Below are positions 52,392 through 62,849 of a stretch of DNA of 64,000 nucleotides, piece after piece (the stretch's first letter is position 1; each line of letters starts with the position of its first letter). The notes under the pieces are model-generated. The model was not told the origin of the DNA. It was given only the letters and a program-made list of their open reading frames with translations, and did not search any database. Source of the DNA: Polyangia bacterium (GTDB lineage Bacteria > Myxococcota_A > Polyangia > Palsa-1104). The DNA lies in assembly GCA_035607415.1 (NCBI GenBank), contig DATNAQ010000031.1:6084-70083 (forward strand), in the 5' to 3' direction. The position numbers were made by a program, and so were the translations under genes.

Positions 52392-53915
52392 GTGCTCGCC
52401 AAGGTCCAATCCGCAGCCGTGCTCGGCGTCGAGGCCTACGGCGTGTGCGCCGAGGTCGACGTCACCACCGGCCTGCCCGGCTATCACCTCGTCGGGCTCG
52501 GCGCCTCCGCCGTGAAAGAAGGCGGCGTCCGCGTGCGCGCCGCGCTCGATCATTCCGGCTTCAAGCTGAAGCCACGCAAGGTCACCATCAACCTCGCGCC
52601 GGCCGACGTGCGCAAGGACGGCGCCGCCTTCGATCTACCGATCGCCGTCGGCGTGCTCGCCGCGCAGGACCTCGTCCCGCAGCCCGCGCTCGAAGGCATA
52701 TTAATGATGGGAGAGCTCTCGCTCGATGGCAGCCTGCGCCGCGTCGCCGGCGGCCTGCCGATCGCGCTCTACGCCCGCGCCCGCGGCGCCCGCGCCGTGA
52801 TCCTGCCGCGCGCCTGCGCCGCGGAAGCCGCCGCCATCCGCGAAGTGCCGGTCCTCGCCGCGTCCTCCTTGCCCGAGGTCGCGGCCCACCTGCGCGGCGA
52901 GCTCAGCCTGCAGCGCGTCGACGAGCTGCCGCCGTCCGAGCGCGCCGGCGACGGCGACACCGATCTCGCCGACGTGCGCGGCCTCGAGTACGTCAAGCTC
53001 GCGCTCGAGGTCGCCGCCGCCGGCTCGCACAACCTGCTCCTCATCGGCGCCCCCGGCTCGGGCAAGAGCATGATCGCGCGCCGCCTGCCGTCGATCTTGC
53101 CGCCGCTCGACGAAGACGAAGCGCTGCAGACGAGCATGATCTACTCCGCCGCCGGCAAGCTCGATGGCGCTTCGCTCATCCGGCGCCGCCCGTTCCGCGC
53201 CCCGCATTCGGATGTCTCGCTCGTCGGGCTCCTCGGCGGTGGCTCGGGCGTGCCCAAGCCGGGCGAGATCAGCCTCGCGCACAACGGCGTGCTCTTCCTC
53301 GACGAGCTGCCCGAGATGAAGCGCAACGTGCTCGAAGGGCTGCGCCAACCGCTCGAGGAGCGCCGCATCACCATCGTGCGCGCGCGCCACGCCATCGAGT
53401 TTCCGGCCGCCTTCGCGCTCGTCGCCGCGATGAACCCGTGTCCGTGCGGCTATCACGGCTCGGCGCTGCGCAATTGCATCTGCGACACCAGCCGCGTGCG
53501 CCGCTATCGCGGCCGCATCTCGGGGCCGCTCCTCGACCGCCTCGATCTGCAGGTCGAGGTCCCGCAGGTCGACTTCAAAGCGCTCACCGGCGAGCGCTCG
53601 GGCGAGCCCTCATCCATGGTGCGCGAGCGCGTGCTCGCTGCGCGCGCGATCCAGCGGCGCCGGCTCGCCGGCAGCGGCCTGCACGCCAACGCGCAGATGG
53701 GGCCGCGACAGATCAACCGCTGGTGCCGTCTCGACGACAAATCGTCCGAGCACCTCGGCCGCATCGTCGACAAGCGCGGCATCAGCGCCCGCGGCGTGCA
53801 CCGCATCCTGCGTGTCGCGCGCACGCTCGCCGACCTGCAAGGTGTCGAGGCGATCGCGCGCGAGCAACTGCAGTGCGCCATCGATTTTCGCGCGCTCGAT
53901 CAGGAGCTGCGGTGA
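52392..53915 (+). CDS. comM: YifB/ComM family Mg-chelatase-like AAA+ ATPase
   Basis: N-terminus AAVLGVEAYGVCAEVDVTTGLPGYHLVGL..KVTINLAPADVRKDGAAFDLPIAVGVLAA. Walker A is GAPGSGKS. GVLFLDELPE and the C-terminal Cys cluster PCPCGYHGS are also present. Confidence 0.9.
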   Translation: MLAKVQSAAVLGVEAYGVCAEVDVTTGLPGYHLVGLGASAVKEGGVRVRAALDHSGFKLKPRKVTINLAPADVRKDGAAFDLPIAVGVLAAQDLVPQPALEGILMMGELSLDGSLRRVAGGLPIALYARARGARAVILPRACAAEAAAIREVPVLAASSLPEVAAHLRGELSLQRVDELPPSERAGDGDTDLADVRGLEYVKLALEVAAAGSHNLLLIGAPGSGKSMIARRLPSILPPLDEDEALQTSMIYSAAGKLDGASLIRRRPFRAPHSDVSLVGLLGGGSGVPKPGEISLAHNGVLFLDELPEMKRNVLEGLRQPLEERRITIVRARHAIEFPAAFALVAAMNPCPCGYHGSALRNCICDTSRVRRYRGRISGPLLDRLDLQVEVPQVDFKALTGERSGEPSSMVRERVLAARAIQRRRLAGSGLHANAQMGPRQINRWCRLDDKSSEHLGRIVDKRGISARGVHRILRVARTLADLQGVEAIAREQLQCAIDFRALDQELR

Positions 53916-54295
53916 CCGAGCGCATCGAGATCGCCGCGATGGGCGAGTGCTTCGGCGCGCATCGCCTCTTGTGGCAGGCCGCGGCGCTCCTGTCGCGCCG
54001 CCTGACCACGGCGACCGACGACGGGCACCTCATGCACCTCGGCGCCAGCTGCATGCGGATCGCCGCCGAAGGCGCGCTGCAGGCGCGCAGCAGCGCCGAG
54101 GCGCTGCGCAGCTGGAAGGAGTGCCTGCTCGCCGAACGCCAGATCCGCCTGGCGACCTGCTGGGCGCTGATGCGCGGCGCCGTCGACAACGGCACCTACG
54201 ACGACGTGTTCGCGCTGTCGCGGCGCGCGGCCCTCTTGCGCGAACAGGAGCGCCAGCGGCTGCGGCGCGCCATCCAAACACAAATGCTCGTGTGA
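53912..54295 (+). CDS. Helical hypothetical protein (127 aa), possibly a four-helix-bundle type
   Basis: It has a GTGA overlap with the comM stop and ends 19 nt before recA. ATG 53939 is an alternative start. It lies inside track ORF 52343..54295. Confidence 0.55.
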   Translation: MTERIEIAAMGECFGAHRLLWQAAALLSRRLTTATDDGHLMHLGASCMRIAAEGALQARSSAEALRSWKECLLAERQIRLATCWALMRGAVDNGTYDDVFALSRRAALLREQERQRLRRAIQTQMLV

Positions 54296-54314
54296 CCAAT
54301 CGGAGGGGGAGACC

Positions 54315-55357
<1,043 letters not shown>

Positions 55358-55361
<4 letters not shown>

Positions 55362-56053
55362 GCCTCTACACGCTGGCGTTCCGCGAGGACGAAGACAGCT
55401 CGTTCGTGTTCGGGCCGGAAGAGCGGCTCGACATCGTGGCCGAGCTCATCACGGGCATCGGCAGCTTCGACGGCGACGCGACCATGGTGCTGCCCGCGGG
55501 CTTCGTGAGCGCGCCGTCGATCGAGCTTCGCGACGACTGGGCCGACGCCCTGGCGTCCGTCTCGCGAAACGCCGGCGTCGGGCTCGTCTTCGGCATCGAT
55601 GTGGAGGGGGTGGAGCGGTGGGGGCTGGAGCGCTGCCCGCGATCGTTCGCATATGCGTGCGATCGCGGGCGGCGGCTCCTGTGGGACGCAGTGCCGAGCG
55701 AGCGCGAACAGGCGCTCGCCGAGCGCACGGTAACGCTCGGCGGCCTGCGCGCCACGGTGCTGTTCGGCCGCGAGCTCTTCGGCACACGCGCCCCGCAGGT
55801 CGTCGAGGCGGCCCGGCCCGACCTCGTGGTCGTGCTCGGCCACGGCGGCCCGACCAAGCGTTGGCTGCCCGGCTTCGCCGCTGTCGACGAGCTGGCACCG
55901 ACGCTGGTGGTGCACCAGGCGCTGGAGGTGCGGCGCCCGGTGACCCTGCCGGCGCCGCGCGGCTGGCGGCCGACCGTCACGCGCGGCGCGGTGCGCATCG
56001 TCTGCTACCGTCGTGAAGCGGATGGCGCCGCGGCGCGCGTCGTGGGACACTGA
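55358..56053 (+). CDS. Hypothetical protein (231 aa) translationally coupled to recA
   Basis: ATGA overlap with the recA stop, and high GC3. The alternating beta/alpha pattern ([35 protein letters not shown]) is reminiscent of a nitrilase-like sandwich without the Glu-Lys-Cys triad. It is not RecX-like. Confidence 0.65.
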
Positions 56054-56059
56054 CGAGCC

Positions 56060-58183
56060 GTGAGAGTCTGGCGCGCCATGGCACGGGTCATCCGACGCGC
56101 GCTCGGCAGCGGCCCCGGCGCGGGGGCGATCGCGCTCGCGCTCTTCTTCGGGCTCGACTTCGTCGGAGCGACGCTCGACTTCATGGGCTTCTCCGACGCC
56201 AAGGCGACCAGCCGCATCGTCCACCGCTACGGTCCGCAGATCGCGCGCGATCAGCTGAGCATCCTCGGCACCTACCTCGTGATGGGCGCGATCTTCGGCG
56301 GCGTCGGCGCGCTGCTCGGTGCCTGGTGGGATCGCGCGCGCTGGCAGACGTCGACCACGCGCGTGCGCGTCCTGCGCGGCGTGGCGGCGGCGCTCGTCGG
56401 TCACGCCTTCTTCTTCGTGCGCAGCGTCGTGCACTATCCGCAGCTCTATTCCGAGGCGTTCTACGACCGCGGCGGCGTCCGCCGCGCGCTCATGGTGTGG
56501 CTGACCGAGCACGCGACCGCGACCATCCTCGACGCGTTGCTCGCGGTGCTGCTCGTCGGCCTCGTCGCTGGGCCGCTCGTCACCAGCGCCGGCCGCACGT
56601 TGGCGCGCCGCTGGCTCGACGCCGCGGTCCGGCTACGCCCGCTGCGCTGGGCGACCCTCGGCGCGCTCCTGCTCGTCGTCGCCGTCGTCGGGCTGGCCGC
56701 GCACCGGCACCACCCCGGCCACGCCGGCCGGCGGCCCAACATCCTCCTCATCGCCGTCGACAGCTTGCGCGCCGATCGCGTGTTCTCGCCGGATGAAGCC
56801 AAGCGCTTCCCCACGCTCGCCAAGCTCGCCGCGCGCGGCGTCCGCTTCCGCGAGGCGCACGTGACGGTGCCGCGCACCTTCCCGTCGTTCGTCACGCTGC
56901 TCACCGGCCGTTATCCACACCATCACGGCATCCGCCACATGTTCCCGTCGGCGGCACAACGCGCGGCGATCGGCCCGGCGCTGCCGGCGGCGCTGCACGC
57001 GGCCGGCTATCGCACGTCGGTCATCAGCGACTACGCCGGCGAGATCTTCTCGCGCACGCCGATGGGCTTCGACCACGTCGACGTGCCGTTCTTCGACATG
57101 AAGACGATCGTCGCGCAGCGCGGCCTGCAGGTGCATCCCAACGTCCTGCCGTACGCGACCAGCAGCCTCGGCCGCCGCCTGTTTCCGGCGGTGGCGGCGA
57201 TGCCGGAGCTGTCGGATCCGGCGCGCCTCGCCGATCGCGCCATCGCCGCGCTCGACGACACCGACGGCCAGCCGCTGTTCCTCACCGTGTTCTTCTCGGC
57301 GGCGCACTTCCCGTACGCCTCTCCGGATCCGTACTACCGCCGCTTCGGCGCGCACGACTACGCCGGCCCCTATCGCTATCAGAAGCCGCCGCTGGCGCCG
57401 GCGCCCGCGACCGAAGCCGACCGCACGCAGATCCGCGCGCTCTACGACGGCGCCGTCGCTGCCACCGACGCGGCCATCGCACGCATCCTCGATCGCCTCG
57501 ATCGCGACGGTCTCGGCGACGACACCATCGTCGTCCTGCTCGCCGACCACGGCGAAAACCTCTACGACCTGCCCGAGCGCGGCATGGGCCACGGCGATCA
57601 TCTGCGCGGCAGCGCCGCCGACCACGTGCCGTGGGTGTGGATCGATCCGCACGATCATCTGGCCGCACACGACGTGCCCGGCATCGTGCGCGACGTCGAC
57701 TTCGTGCCGACGCTGGCCCACCTGGTCGGCGTGAAGCCGCCGCCCACCGACGGCGTCGACCTCGGACCTCTGTTGCGCGGCGAGCGCCCTTCGCTCGGTC
57801 TCGACGCCTACCAGGAGACCGAGCTGTGGTTCGTCGCCAACGGCCCCGGCTTCGAGCCCGACGAGCGCATCCCCTACCCCACCATCACCGGCGTCACCGA
57901 TCTCGCGCCCGATGACGACATCTACCTGCGCCCGGAGTGGCAGGACACGGTCATCGTCGGCAAGCACCGCGCCATTCGCACCGAGCGCTGGAAGCTGCTC
58001 TACCGTCCGACGCGCGGCGGCGTGCGCTGGAGCCTGTACGATCTCGCCGCCGATCCCGACGAGCGCACCGACGTGCTCGCCGCGCATCCAGACGTCGCCG
58101 CGACCCTGCGCGGCAAGCTGCAGCACTGGATGCTCGAGGACAAGCGCATGACCCTGCGCGGCGACTTTCTGGTGCCGCGATGA
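56060..58183 (+). CDS. Membrane-anchored sulfatase-fold (alkaline phosphatase superfamily) protein
   Basis: Several N-terminal TM helices are followed by PNILLIAVDSLRAD and VPRTFPSFVTLLTGRYP. A Thr sits where sulfatases carry Cys/Ser. LLADHGE is also present. Confidence 0.8.
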   Translation: MRVWRAMARVIRRALGSGPGAGAIALALFFGLDFVGATLDFMGFSDAKATSRIVHRYGPQIARDQLSILGTYLVMGAIFGGVGALLGAWWDRARWQTSTTRVRVLRGVAAALVGHAFFFVRSVVHYPQLYSEAFYDRGGVRRALMVWLTEHATATILDALLAVLLVGLVAGPLVTSAGRTLARRWLDAAVRLRPLRWATLGALLLVVAVVGLAAHRHHPGHAGRRPNILLIAVDSLRADRVFSPDEAKRFPTLAKLAARGVRFREAHVTVPRTFPSFVTLLTGRYPHHHGIRHMFPSAAQRAAIGPALPAALHAAGYRTSVISDYAGEIFSRTPMGFDHVDVPFFDMKTIVAQRGLQVHPNVLPYATSSLGRRLFPAVAAMPELSDPARLADRAIAALDDTDGQPLFLTVFFSAAHFPYASPDPYYRRFGAHDYAGPYRYQKPPLAPAPATEADRTQIRALYDGAVAATDAAIARILDRLDRDGLGDDTIVVLLADHGENLYDLPERGMGHGDHLRGSAADHVPWVWIDPHDHLAAHDVPGIVRDVDFVPTLAHLVGVKPPPTDGVDLGPLLRGERPSLGLDAYQETELWFVANGPGFEPDERIPYPTITGVTDLAPDDDIYLRPEWQDTVIVGKHRAIRTERWKLLYRPTRGGVRWSLYDLAADPDERTDVLAAHPDVAATLRGKLQHWMLEDKRMTLRGDFLVPR

Positions 58184-60531
58184 GGCGCGCCCTCGCGCTC
58201 GCCCTCCTCGTCGCCGGCTGCGGCCGCCCGGCGGCGTCGGCGCCGACGGTGGCCCCCGCCGACAAGCCGGCAGCTGCGCCCGGTCCGCGCGCGCCGGGCG
58301 ACGGCATCGCCTATCGCTTCGTCGATCACGCGGGTGAGGCCACGCTGACGTCGCCGCCCCTCTCGGAGGCGTGGAACGCGCTCGGCTATCCGGCCAAGCT
58401 GGTCGATCCCTACACTGGCCTGCGCGGCGACGAGGTCTTTCGCGTCGTCGAGCTGGCGCTGGCCGACGCCGACGTCGCCTCGTACGGCACGCCGCATCCG
58501 ATCGCGCCGCAGAAGGCGCGCACGCTGCGCTTCGATCCGGTATGGAACCGCACGCGCGCGGTCTACGAGTCCAAGCGCGCGCTCTTCGCGCCGGGCGAGA
58601 CGCGCTACCTGTTCTCGTCGCCGCGCGCGGCCCACGGCGAGTTGCAGGCGTGGCTCGCGGTCCCGCCCGGCGGCAGCGACGTCCAGTTCGTCGTCGAGAT
58701 CGACGGCAAGCCGCGCCTGGAGCGCACCGTCCCGGCGGCGCAAGCGGGCGCGTGGATCGCCGTCACGCAGCCGCTCGAGGCCGGCGCACACCAGATCGCG
58801 CTCGTCACGCACGGTAGCTCGCCCGCGTTCTGGGGCGATCCGCTCATCGTCGATCGCGGCGCCGGCCGGCCCACGCCGAACGTGCTCTTCGTAGTCATCG
58901 ATACCCTGCGCGTCGACGCGCTGCCGGCGATGCCGCGACTGCGCGCGCTCGCCGCCGACGGCACCTCCTTCACGCAGGCCATCACCGCCGCCACCTGGAC
59001 GCGCCCATCGGTGCTGGCGATGCTCGGTGGCGATCTGCCGACGGCGCTCGGCCAGGGCGCCGAGGAGATGATCCCCTCCGACGGGGACCGTCGCCGCTTC
59101 TACGCCATCGCACCGCCGCTCCTGCCGCGCGTGCTGGCGGCGCGCGGCTATCGCTCGGTGGCGATCGGCAACAACTTCTTCCTGCTCGGCTATCCGCAGA
59201 TCGGGCTGACCCTCGGATTCGAGGAGGTGGCCGACATCCGCCATCCCGTGCTCGACACGCCGGCGATCAGCAACGCCGCCGTCGCGTTCATCGAGGCCCA
59301 CCGCGACGAGCCGTGGTTCCTGCACCTGCACTACGACGCGCCGCACTGGCCGTACACGCCGCCGCCCGCCTACCTGGCGAAGGTGCCGGCGATGCCGTTC
59401 CCCGAAGACCCGATGGCGCGCGCCTATCTCGCCGAAGCCGCGTACGCCGACGACTATCTCGGCCGCGTGCTCGACGCGCTCGATCGGCTGAAGCTGTCCG
59501 AGCGCACGCTCGTGGTGGTGGTCGGGGATCACGGCGAGATCTTCGACCACGCGCACTCCGAGACCGTCGAGGCGCTGCATCAACCGACGCTGCACCACCA
59601 CGGCTGGTCGGGCTACGACGAGCTCTTGCGCGTGCCGCTGGTCATGCGCATGCCGGGCACCATCCCGAAGACGACGATCCCCGAGCAGGTGAGCTTCGTC
59701 GATCTGGAGCCGACGATCCGCGAGCTGGTGGGGATGGCGCCGCGCGACGGCGAGCGCGGGCGCTCGCTGGTGCCGCTGTGGCACGGCGCCAAGCCGCCGG
59801 AGCGGCCGGCGTTCGTCGAGGGCCAGGACGTGCGCGTGGTGCGCGCGGGCGGCTGGGCCTATCTGCGGCGCAGCGACGGGCGGCTCACGCTCGACGGCGG
59901 CCGGCGCGTGGTGCGCACCGAGGAGCTGTACGACGTCGCGCACGATCCGGCGGAGCATACGGACCTGGCGGAGCGCGATCCAGACGAGCTGGCGAAGATG
60001 CGCGCGCTCTTCGATCGCGAGGCGCCGACGCCGCGTGACGCGCCGGTCGCGGTCGTCCACCTGCGCGTGGCACCGGACGAGCGCGCTCACGTCGTCGACG
60101 GGACGCTGCAGTCGGACGGCGCGATCTCGCTGCGCGGCGTGGCCGGCGCCGAAGCCTCGCCCGTCGATGCGCACACGCTGCGGCTGACCCTGCGCGGCGC
60201 GGCAGAGGTGGACCTGGCGATCGACCCGCCGACGGCGCGCATCACGCTCGCGCTCAAGCGCGACGGCACGCCGGTGACGGCGCGTCAGGTGCTGCTCGGC
60301 GAGTTTGCGCTGCCGCTGCTCGCCGGCGCCGACGAGCTGCGCCTCGACGGTGAGCGCCTGACCTGGATCGACGCGGCGCGTCCGCCGCAGCCCGGCGATC
60401 GTGGCGAGATCCTGTTGTGGCGTGATCCGAATCCGATCACATCGCTGACGCTGCCTGCGACGGCCAAGTCGTCGAGCGAAGTGGCGGGGATGATGCGGCG
60501 CTGGGGCTACGCGCAGCCCGGTAGCAAGTGA
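58180..60531 (+). CDS. Sulfatase-fold lipoprotein with N- and C-terminal extra domains
   Basis: ATGA overlap with the upstream gene. Lipobox LLVAGCG. The core reads PNVLFVVIDTLRVD, ATWTRPSVLAMLGG and VVGDHGE. Confidence 0.8.
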   Translation: MRRALALALLVAGCGRPAASAPTVAPADKPAAAPGPRAPGDGIAYRFVDHAGEATLTSPPLSEAWNALGYPAKLVDPYTGLRGDEVFRVVELALADADVASYGTPHPIAPQKARTLRFDPVWNRTRAVYESKRALFAPGETRYLFSSPRAAHGELQAWLAVPPGGSDVQFVVEIDGKPRLERTVPAAQAGAWIAVTQPLEAGAHQIALVTHGSSPAFWGDPLIVDRGAGRPTPNVLFVVIDTLRVDALPAMPRLRALAADGTSFTQAITAATWTRPSVLAMLGGDLPTALGQGAEEMIPSDGDRRRFYAIAPPLLPRVLAARGYRSVAIGNNFFLLGYPQIGLTLGFEEVADIRHPVLDTPAISNAAVAFIEAHRDEPWFLHLHYDAPHWPYTPPPAYLAKVPAMPFPEDPMARAYLAEAAYADDYLGRVLDALDRLKLSERTLVVVVGDHGEIFDHAHSETVEALHQPTLHHHGWSGYDELLRVPLVMRMPGTIPKTTIPEQVSFVDLEPTIRELVGMAPRDGERGRSLVPLWHGAKPPERPAFVEGQDVRVVRAGGWAYLRRSDGRLTLDGGRRVVRTEELYDVAHDPAEHTDLAERDPDELAKMRALFDREAPTPRDAPVAVVHLRVAPDERAHVVDGTLQSDGAISLRGVAGAEASPVDAHTLRLTLRGAAEVDLAIDPPTARITLALKRDGTPVTARQVLLGEFALPLLAGADELRLDGERLTWIDAARPPQPGDRGEILLWRDPNPITSLTLPATAKSSSEVAGMMRRWGYAQPGSK

Positions 60532-60547
60532 CGGCTCCGCGCGGAGA

Positions 60548-61048
60548 TCAGGCGAGATAGTGCGGCTGCTGCGCCTGGGCCTCAGCCTGCGCGCGTCCGG
60601 TGAACAGCTCGTCGGTCGTGGCCGAGCGCACGTTGTGCACGTGAATCGAGATGTGCAGCGTCTCACCCGCCAGCGGGTGATTCGTGTCGACCAGCACGAG
60701 CTCCTCGTTCGCCTCGATGACGCGGAAGGTGATGCTCTTGCCGTCGGGGCGCGAGGCCGAGAACATCATGCCCGGGCCGATCTCCTCGTCCGCCGGAAAG
60801 GCGGCGCGCGGTACGACGAAGACGCCAGAGGGGTCGCGATCACCGTACGCTTCGCCCGGCGGAACGACGACCTCCAAGAGCGCGCCCGACTCGAGCCCTT
60901 CGATTGCCCGCTCGACGCCGGGAACGATCTGCCGTCGCCCGTGCAGGTACGTCAGCGGCTCCTGCCCGACGCTGGTCTCGACCACTCGGCCGGTGCCCAG
61001 CCGAATGGTGTAATCCATGCACACGACGCGATCCTTCGAAATTTTCAC
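60548..61048 (-). CDS. slyD: FKBP-type peptidyl-prolyl isomerase, SlyD-like (without His-rich tail)
   Basis: VKISKDRVVCMDYTIRL..LTYLHG..GVERAIEGL..EAYG..VDTNHPLAGETLHISIHV parallels E. coli SlyD. It has a GTG start with a GGGAGG RBS. Confidence 0.85.
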   Translation of the reverse strand: MKISKDRVVCMDYTIRLGTGRVVETSVGQEPLTYLHGRRQIVPGVERAIEGLESGALLEVVVPPGEAYGDRDPSGVFVVPRAAFPADEEIGPGMMFSASRPDGKSITFRVIEANEELVLVDTNHPLAGETLHISIHVHNVRSATTDELFTGRAQAEAQAQQPHYLA

Positions 61049-61072
61049 GGGGCCTCCCTCGCGGCTCACCGA

Positions 61073-61092
61073 CATGGTTTTGCAAAACCATG
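61073..61092. promoter_or_regulatory. Perfect 20-bp palindrome in the slyD-serS divergent intergenic region (candidate operator)
   Basis: CATGGTTTTGCAAAACCATG is AT-rich in a GC-rich genome. It lies 25-44 nt upstream of the slyD start and 71-90 nt upstream of the serS ATG. Confidence 0.4.
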
Positions 61093-61162
61093 ACCACAAG
61101 GCCTGCTCCCCCTTCAGGCGGGCGCTTGACACAACCGGGGGCGGCGTCGAGAGTTACCGACG

Positions 61163-62449
61163 ATGATCGACCTGAAGCTGCTTCGCGACCAGCCCGAGCA
61201 AGTGATTGCGACCTATCGCGACCGTCTCTTCGACGAGGACGCCGCCGCAACCGCGCGCAAGCTGCTCGACATCGACACCCGCCGCCGCCAGATCGTGGCC
61301 ACCAGCGACGAGCTCAAGCAGAAGCGCAACACCGGGTCGGCCGCCGTCGGGCGCGAGAAGGATCCGGAGAAGCGCAAGCAGCTCATCGCGGACATGGAAG
61401 GGTTCAAAGGTCAGATCGCGCAGGCCGACACGGCGATCGCCGCGCTCGACGCCGAGATGCAGACGCTGGCGCTGCAGCTGCCGAACCTGCCCGATCCGTC
61501 GGTACCGGCGGGCCGGAGCGACGCCGAGAACAAGGTCGTGCGCCAGGTCGGCAAAATTCGTGAATTCACGTTTCCGGCCAAGCCGCACTGGGACCTCGGC
61601 ACCGAGCTCGGCCTCATCGACTTCGAGCGCGGCGTGAAGATCTCGGGCTCGCGCTTCTACATCCTGCGCGGCGTCGGCGCGCGGCTGCAGCGCGCGCTCA
61701 TCGCGTGGATGATCGACGTCCACGTCGAGCAGGGCTACACCGAGGTCTACCCGCCACAGATGGTCAAGGGCGAGTGCCTCGTCGGCACGGCGCAGCTGCC
61801 CAAGTTCGGCGAGAACCTCTACCGCGACGCCGAAGAAGACTACTACTGGGTACCGACCGCGGAAGTGCCGGTCACAAACATGTACCGCGACGAGGTGCTC
61901 GACGCCGACGCGCTTCCCATCAAGCACGTCGCCTACACCGCCTGCTTCCGCCGCGAGAAGATGGCGCACGGCAAGGACACGCGCGGCATCAAGCGCGGCC
62001 ACCAGTTCGACAAGGTCGAGATGGTGAAGTTCGTCGCGCCCGAGACGTCGCTCGCCGAGCTCGACGCGCTGGTCGCCGACGCCGCCGCGATCCTCGAGCG
62101 GCTGGAGCTGCCCTATCGCCTCGTCGAGATGGTCACGGGCGATCTGTCGTTCGCCGCGTGCAAGAAGTACGACCTCGAGACCTGGGCGCCGGGCTGCAAC
62201 GAGTGGCTCGAGGTGTCGTCGTGCTCGACGTTCGGCGACTTCCAGGCGCGCCGCGCGATGATTCGCGCGAAATCCGGAAAAGACAAGCCGCGCCTCGTGC
62301 ACACGCTCAACGGCTCGGGCCTGGCGCTGCCGCGCACCATGATCGCGATCATGGAGAACTACCAGCGCGCCGACGGCAGCATCGAGGTGCCGAAGGTGCT
62401 GCGTCCGTACCTCGGCGGGCTCGAGACGATCACCGCGGCGACGAAGTGA
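61163..62449 (+). CDS. serS: Seryl-tRNA synthetase
   Basis: MIDLKLLRDQPE, an N-terminal coiled coil, and class II motifs (GSRFYIL, FRRE, GSGLALPRTMIAIMENYQ). Confidence 0.95.
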   Translation: MIDLKLLRDQPEQVIATYRDRLFDEDAAATARKLLDIDTRRRQIVATSDELKQKRNTGSAAVGREKDPEKRKQLIADMEGFKGQIAQADTAIAALDAEMQTLALQLPNLPDPSVPAGRSDAENKVVRQVGKIREFTFPAKPHWDLGTELGLIDFERGVKISGSRFYILRGVGARLQRALIAWMIDVHVEQGYTEVYPPQMVKGECLVGTAQLPKFGENLYRDAEEDYYWVPTAEVPVTNMYRDEVLDADALPIKHVAYTACFRREKMAHGKDTRGIKRGHQFDKVEMVKFVAPETSLAELDALVADAAAILERLELPYRLVEMVTGDLSFAACKKYDLETWAPGCNEWLEVSSCSTFGDFQARRAMIRAKSGKDKPRLVHTLNGSGLALPRTMIAIMENYQRADGSIEVPKVLRPYLGGLETITAATK

Positions 62450-62849
62450 GCATCTGACGGCGGCGCCACACGACCGAGTCCATGTCGTCCTGGCCCGTCG
62501 ACCAGAAGTAGACGCCGGGAATGCCGATCACCAGGCCGGCGCCGCCGGTGATCACGCCGGCGATGATCTTGTCGACCTGGTCGAACAGGTTGGGGCTCGT
62601 CGAGCCGAAGCCGATGAGCACGCCGCCGAGGATGCTCAGCGCCACGCCCGGCGCCGCCAGCCCGATGCCGATGTTGCGCGTCGCCTGCGCGCGCTTGTAG
62701 GCGCGATCGAGGAGCGCCTGATCGACGCGCGCCGGCGCCAACGAGTCGTCCGCCTTCGGCGGCGGCAGGAGCACCGGCTTCGGCGGCTTGGGATCGGCGG
62801 CGGCGACCGACGCGGCCAACAGGATCGCCGTGACCAGCGCGCGCCTCAT
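62430..62849 (-). CDS. Hypothetical exported/membrane protein
   Basis: ATGA overlap with the upstream helicase-nuclease gene. Signal peptide MRRALVTAILLAASVAAA. A Pro/Lys linker is followed by two Gly-rich TM helices. Its 3' end overlaps serS by 20 nt (convergent). Confidence 0.55.
   Translation of the reverse strand: MRRALVTAILLAASVAAADPKPPKPVLLPPPKADDSLAPARVDQALLDRAYKRAQATRNIGIGLAAPGVALSILGGVLIGFGSTSPNLFDQVDKIIAGVITGGAGLVIGIPGVYFWSTGQDDMDSVVWRRRQMLTSSPR

Noticed and set aside
60535-60546. A 12-bp perfect palindrome, ctccgcgcggag, between the converging sulfatase-like and slyD genes. There is also gcggcgccgc at ~33866-33875.
   Set aside because: These are GC-only palindromes with no loop. 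They are expected frequently at this base composition, and there is no U-tract. They are too weak to call terminators.
61126-61154. A possible serS promoter, TTGACA-N17-GAGAGT.
   Set aside because: The -10 match is weak, and the same GAGAG could instead be the serS Shine-Dalgarno sequence 9 nt before the ATG. The evidence is too ambiguous to list as a feature.
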